Shown: positions 63,171 through 64,000 of the stretch, piece after piece
How the letters are laid out: every line of letters begins with the position of its first letter
Numbering within the stretch: position 1 is the stretch's first letter
Assembly: GCA_913041415.1 (NCBI GenBank)
Contig: CAJWHS010000001.1
Span: 3,844-67,843 of the forward strand
DNA: 64,000 nt
From: an uncultured Acidimicrobiaceae bacterium
Lineage (GTDB): Bacteria > Actinomycetota > Acidimicrobiia > Acidimicrobiales > Aldehydirespiratoraceae
Reading direction: 5' to 3'
The notes under the pieces: model-generated
Database searches by the model: none
What the model saw: only the letters and a program-made list of their open reading frames with translations
What the model was told of the DNA's origin: nothing
Translations under genes and position numbers: made by a program

Positions 63171-63671
63171 TCAGGTGCCGAGCGACGGGAGGGCCACGCG
63201 GCCGGTGCGCTGCATGTCGATGATGCCGAAGGGACGCAGCCGCGCCTCGAACTCATCGAGACGTGCCGGGCGAGCCGACCACGACATCAGGACCTTGCCG
63301 TCGCCCTCGTTGAGGACGTAGGCGCAGTAGTAGTCGACGATCTCCATCAGTTCCTTGCGCTGCTCCCCCACCTCGACGATGACAAGCATGAGTTCACGCT
63401 CGACCGACGCATCGGGATCAAGCTGGGAGATGTCGACGACATTGATCAGCTTGTCGAGCTGCTTCACCACCTGATCGAGCGGCGTGCCTTCGATGTCGAC
63501 GGTGAAAGTGATGCGACTGAACTTCTCGTTCTCGGTGGGCGCGACGGCCAACGAGTGGATGTTGAAGCCACGACGGGAGAACAACCCGGCGACGCGAGCG
63601 AGCACACCCGGCTTGTTTTCGACGGTGACGGCGATCGTGTGCCAGCGCGGGCTACTGGGCGAGGCGTTCAT
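63171..63671 (-). CDS. ilvN: Acetolactate synthase small (regulatory) subunit
   Basis: ACT domain HTIAVTVENKPGVLARVAGLFSRRGFNI. It has an ATGA overlap with ilvB. Confidence 0.9.
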   Translation of the reverse strand: MNASPSSPRWHTIAVTVENKPGVLARVAGLFSRRGFNIHSLAVAPTENEKFSRITFTVDIEGTPLDQVVKQLDKLINVVDISQLDPDASVERELMLVIVEVGEQRKELMEIVDYYCAYVLNEGDGKVLMSWSARPARLDEFEARLRPFGIIDMQRTGRVALPSLGT

Positions 63672-64000
63672 GACGCTGCTCCCTTCCCGGCGTTGCCGTC
63701 GGAGGCGTCCCCGTCGATCAGGTGCTGCTGGCTCGGGTCGACGACCAGCTCGGAGTTGGTCTTGCCGGCCGGGACCATCGGGAACACGTTCTCCCGGGCG
63801 TCGGTGACGAACTCGACGACGACCGAACGGTCGTCGATCTCGTTGGCCTTGGCGATCGCCGGGGCGACCTCCTCCGGCGACTCGACCCGGATGCCGACAG
63901 CGCCCATCGCCTCGGCCCACTTCACATAGTCCGGGACGTTGTCGCTGAGGTGCACCTCGGAGAAGCGCTCGTCGTAGAACATCTCCTGCCACTGGCGAAC
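63668..64000 (-). CDS. ilvB: Acetolactate synthase large subunit, C-terminal part (partial at window edge)
   Basis: The ThDP-enzyme C-terminus (...EVAPAIAKANEIDDRSVVVEFV...) runs off the window end. Confidence 0.85.
   Translation of the reverse strand, partial: VRQWQEMFYDERFSEVHLSDNVPDYVKWAEAMGAVGIRVESPEEVAPAIAKANEIDDRSVVVEFVTDARENVFPMVPAGKTNSELVVDPSQQHLIDGDASDGNAGKGAAS

Noticed and set aside
1-64000. CRISPR arrays, tRNA/rRNA genes, IS elements, integrases, toxin-antitoxin pairs and known defence-system genes.
   Set aside because: I found none on either strand. The window reads as a syntenic core chromosome. The candidate acquired segments (ilvYC-modF, otsA and the 503-aa gene) have no flanking repeats or mobility genes that I could see.

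Overview
By eye this is a high-GC actinobacterial chromosomal window with about 65 tightly packed genes, many joined by 1-8 nt overlaps. I saw no rRNA, tRNA, CRISPR array, transposase, integrase or prophage. The backbone is the classic actinobacterial order recA - miaB - miaA - dapF - hflX - (dapC/dapD/dapE) - lexA, with a divergent LysM (ChiZ-like) gene next to lexA. Around it lie housekeeping and metabolic genes: two DEAD-box helicases, lgt, an agmatinase-family gene, an acyl-CoA dehydrogenase, gpgS, an FMN hydroxy-acid oxidase plus glcDEF, an alkyl sulfatase, a ParC-like topoisomerase subunit, fpg, htpX, rnhB, cofC, an FeS-type photolyase, an OYE reductase, otsA, an ABC-2 exporter, ilvYC, a modF-like gene and ilvBN. 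Six things deserve a second look. (1) The 17.0-21.0 kb sigma-factor partner-switching locus has an unusual split design: a PP2C phosphatase with a Cys-less LOV-like PAS domain, a STAS antagonist, a canonical RsbW-type kinase on the opposite strand overlapping the STAS gene by 54 nt, and a separate N-box-less anti-sigma coupled to a SigF/SigB-type sigma. It sits behind a 636-bp non-coding island that carries a 6C-type small RNA. (2) A 22-nt promoter-like element, [T/G]GTCACA[C/G]-CCCCT-N3-hexamer, occurs upstream of recA, the LysM gene and the ParC-like gene. It resembles the mycobacterial RecA-independent (PafBC-type) DNA-damage promoter and lies alongside clear LexA boxes. (3) An E. coli-like ilvY / class II ilvC / modF-like block sits where ilvC would normally follow ilvBN. 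(4) otsA lies antisense between the ATPase and permease genes of an ABC-2 exporter. (5) A 58-codon gpsA-like 5-prime stub lies beside cofC. (6) A 25-nt tandem duplication carries the sulfatase stop codon and a hairpin. All calls rest on by-eye motif recognition and synteny; no searches were run.
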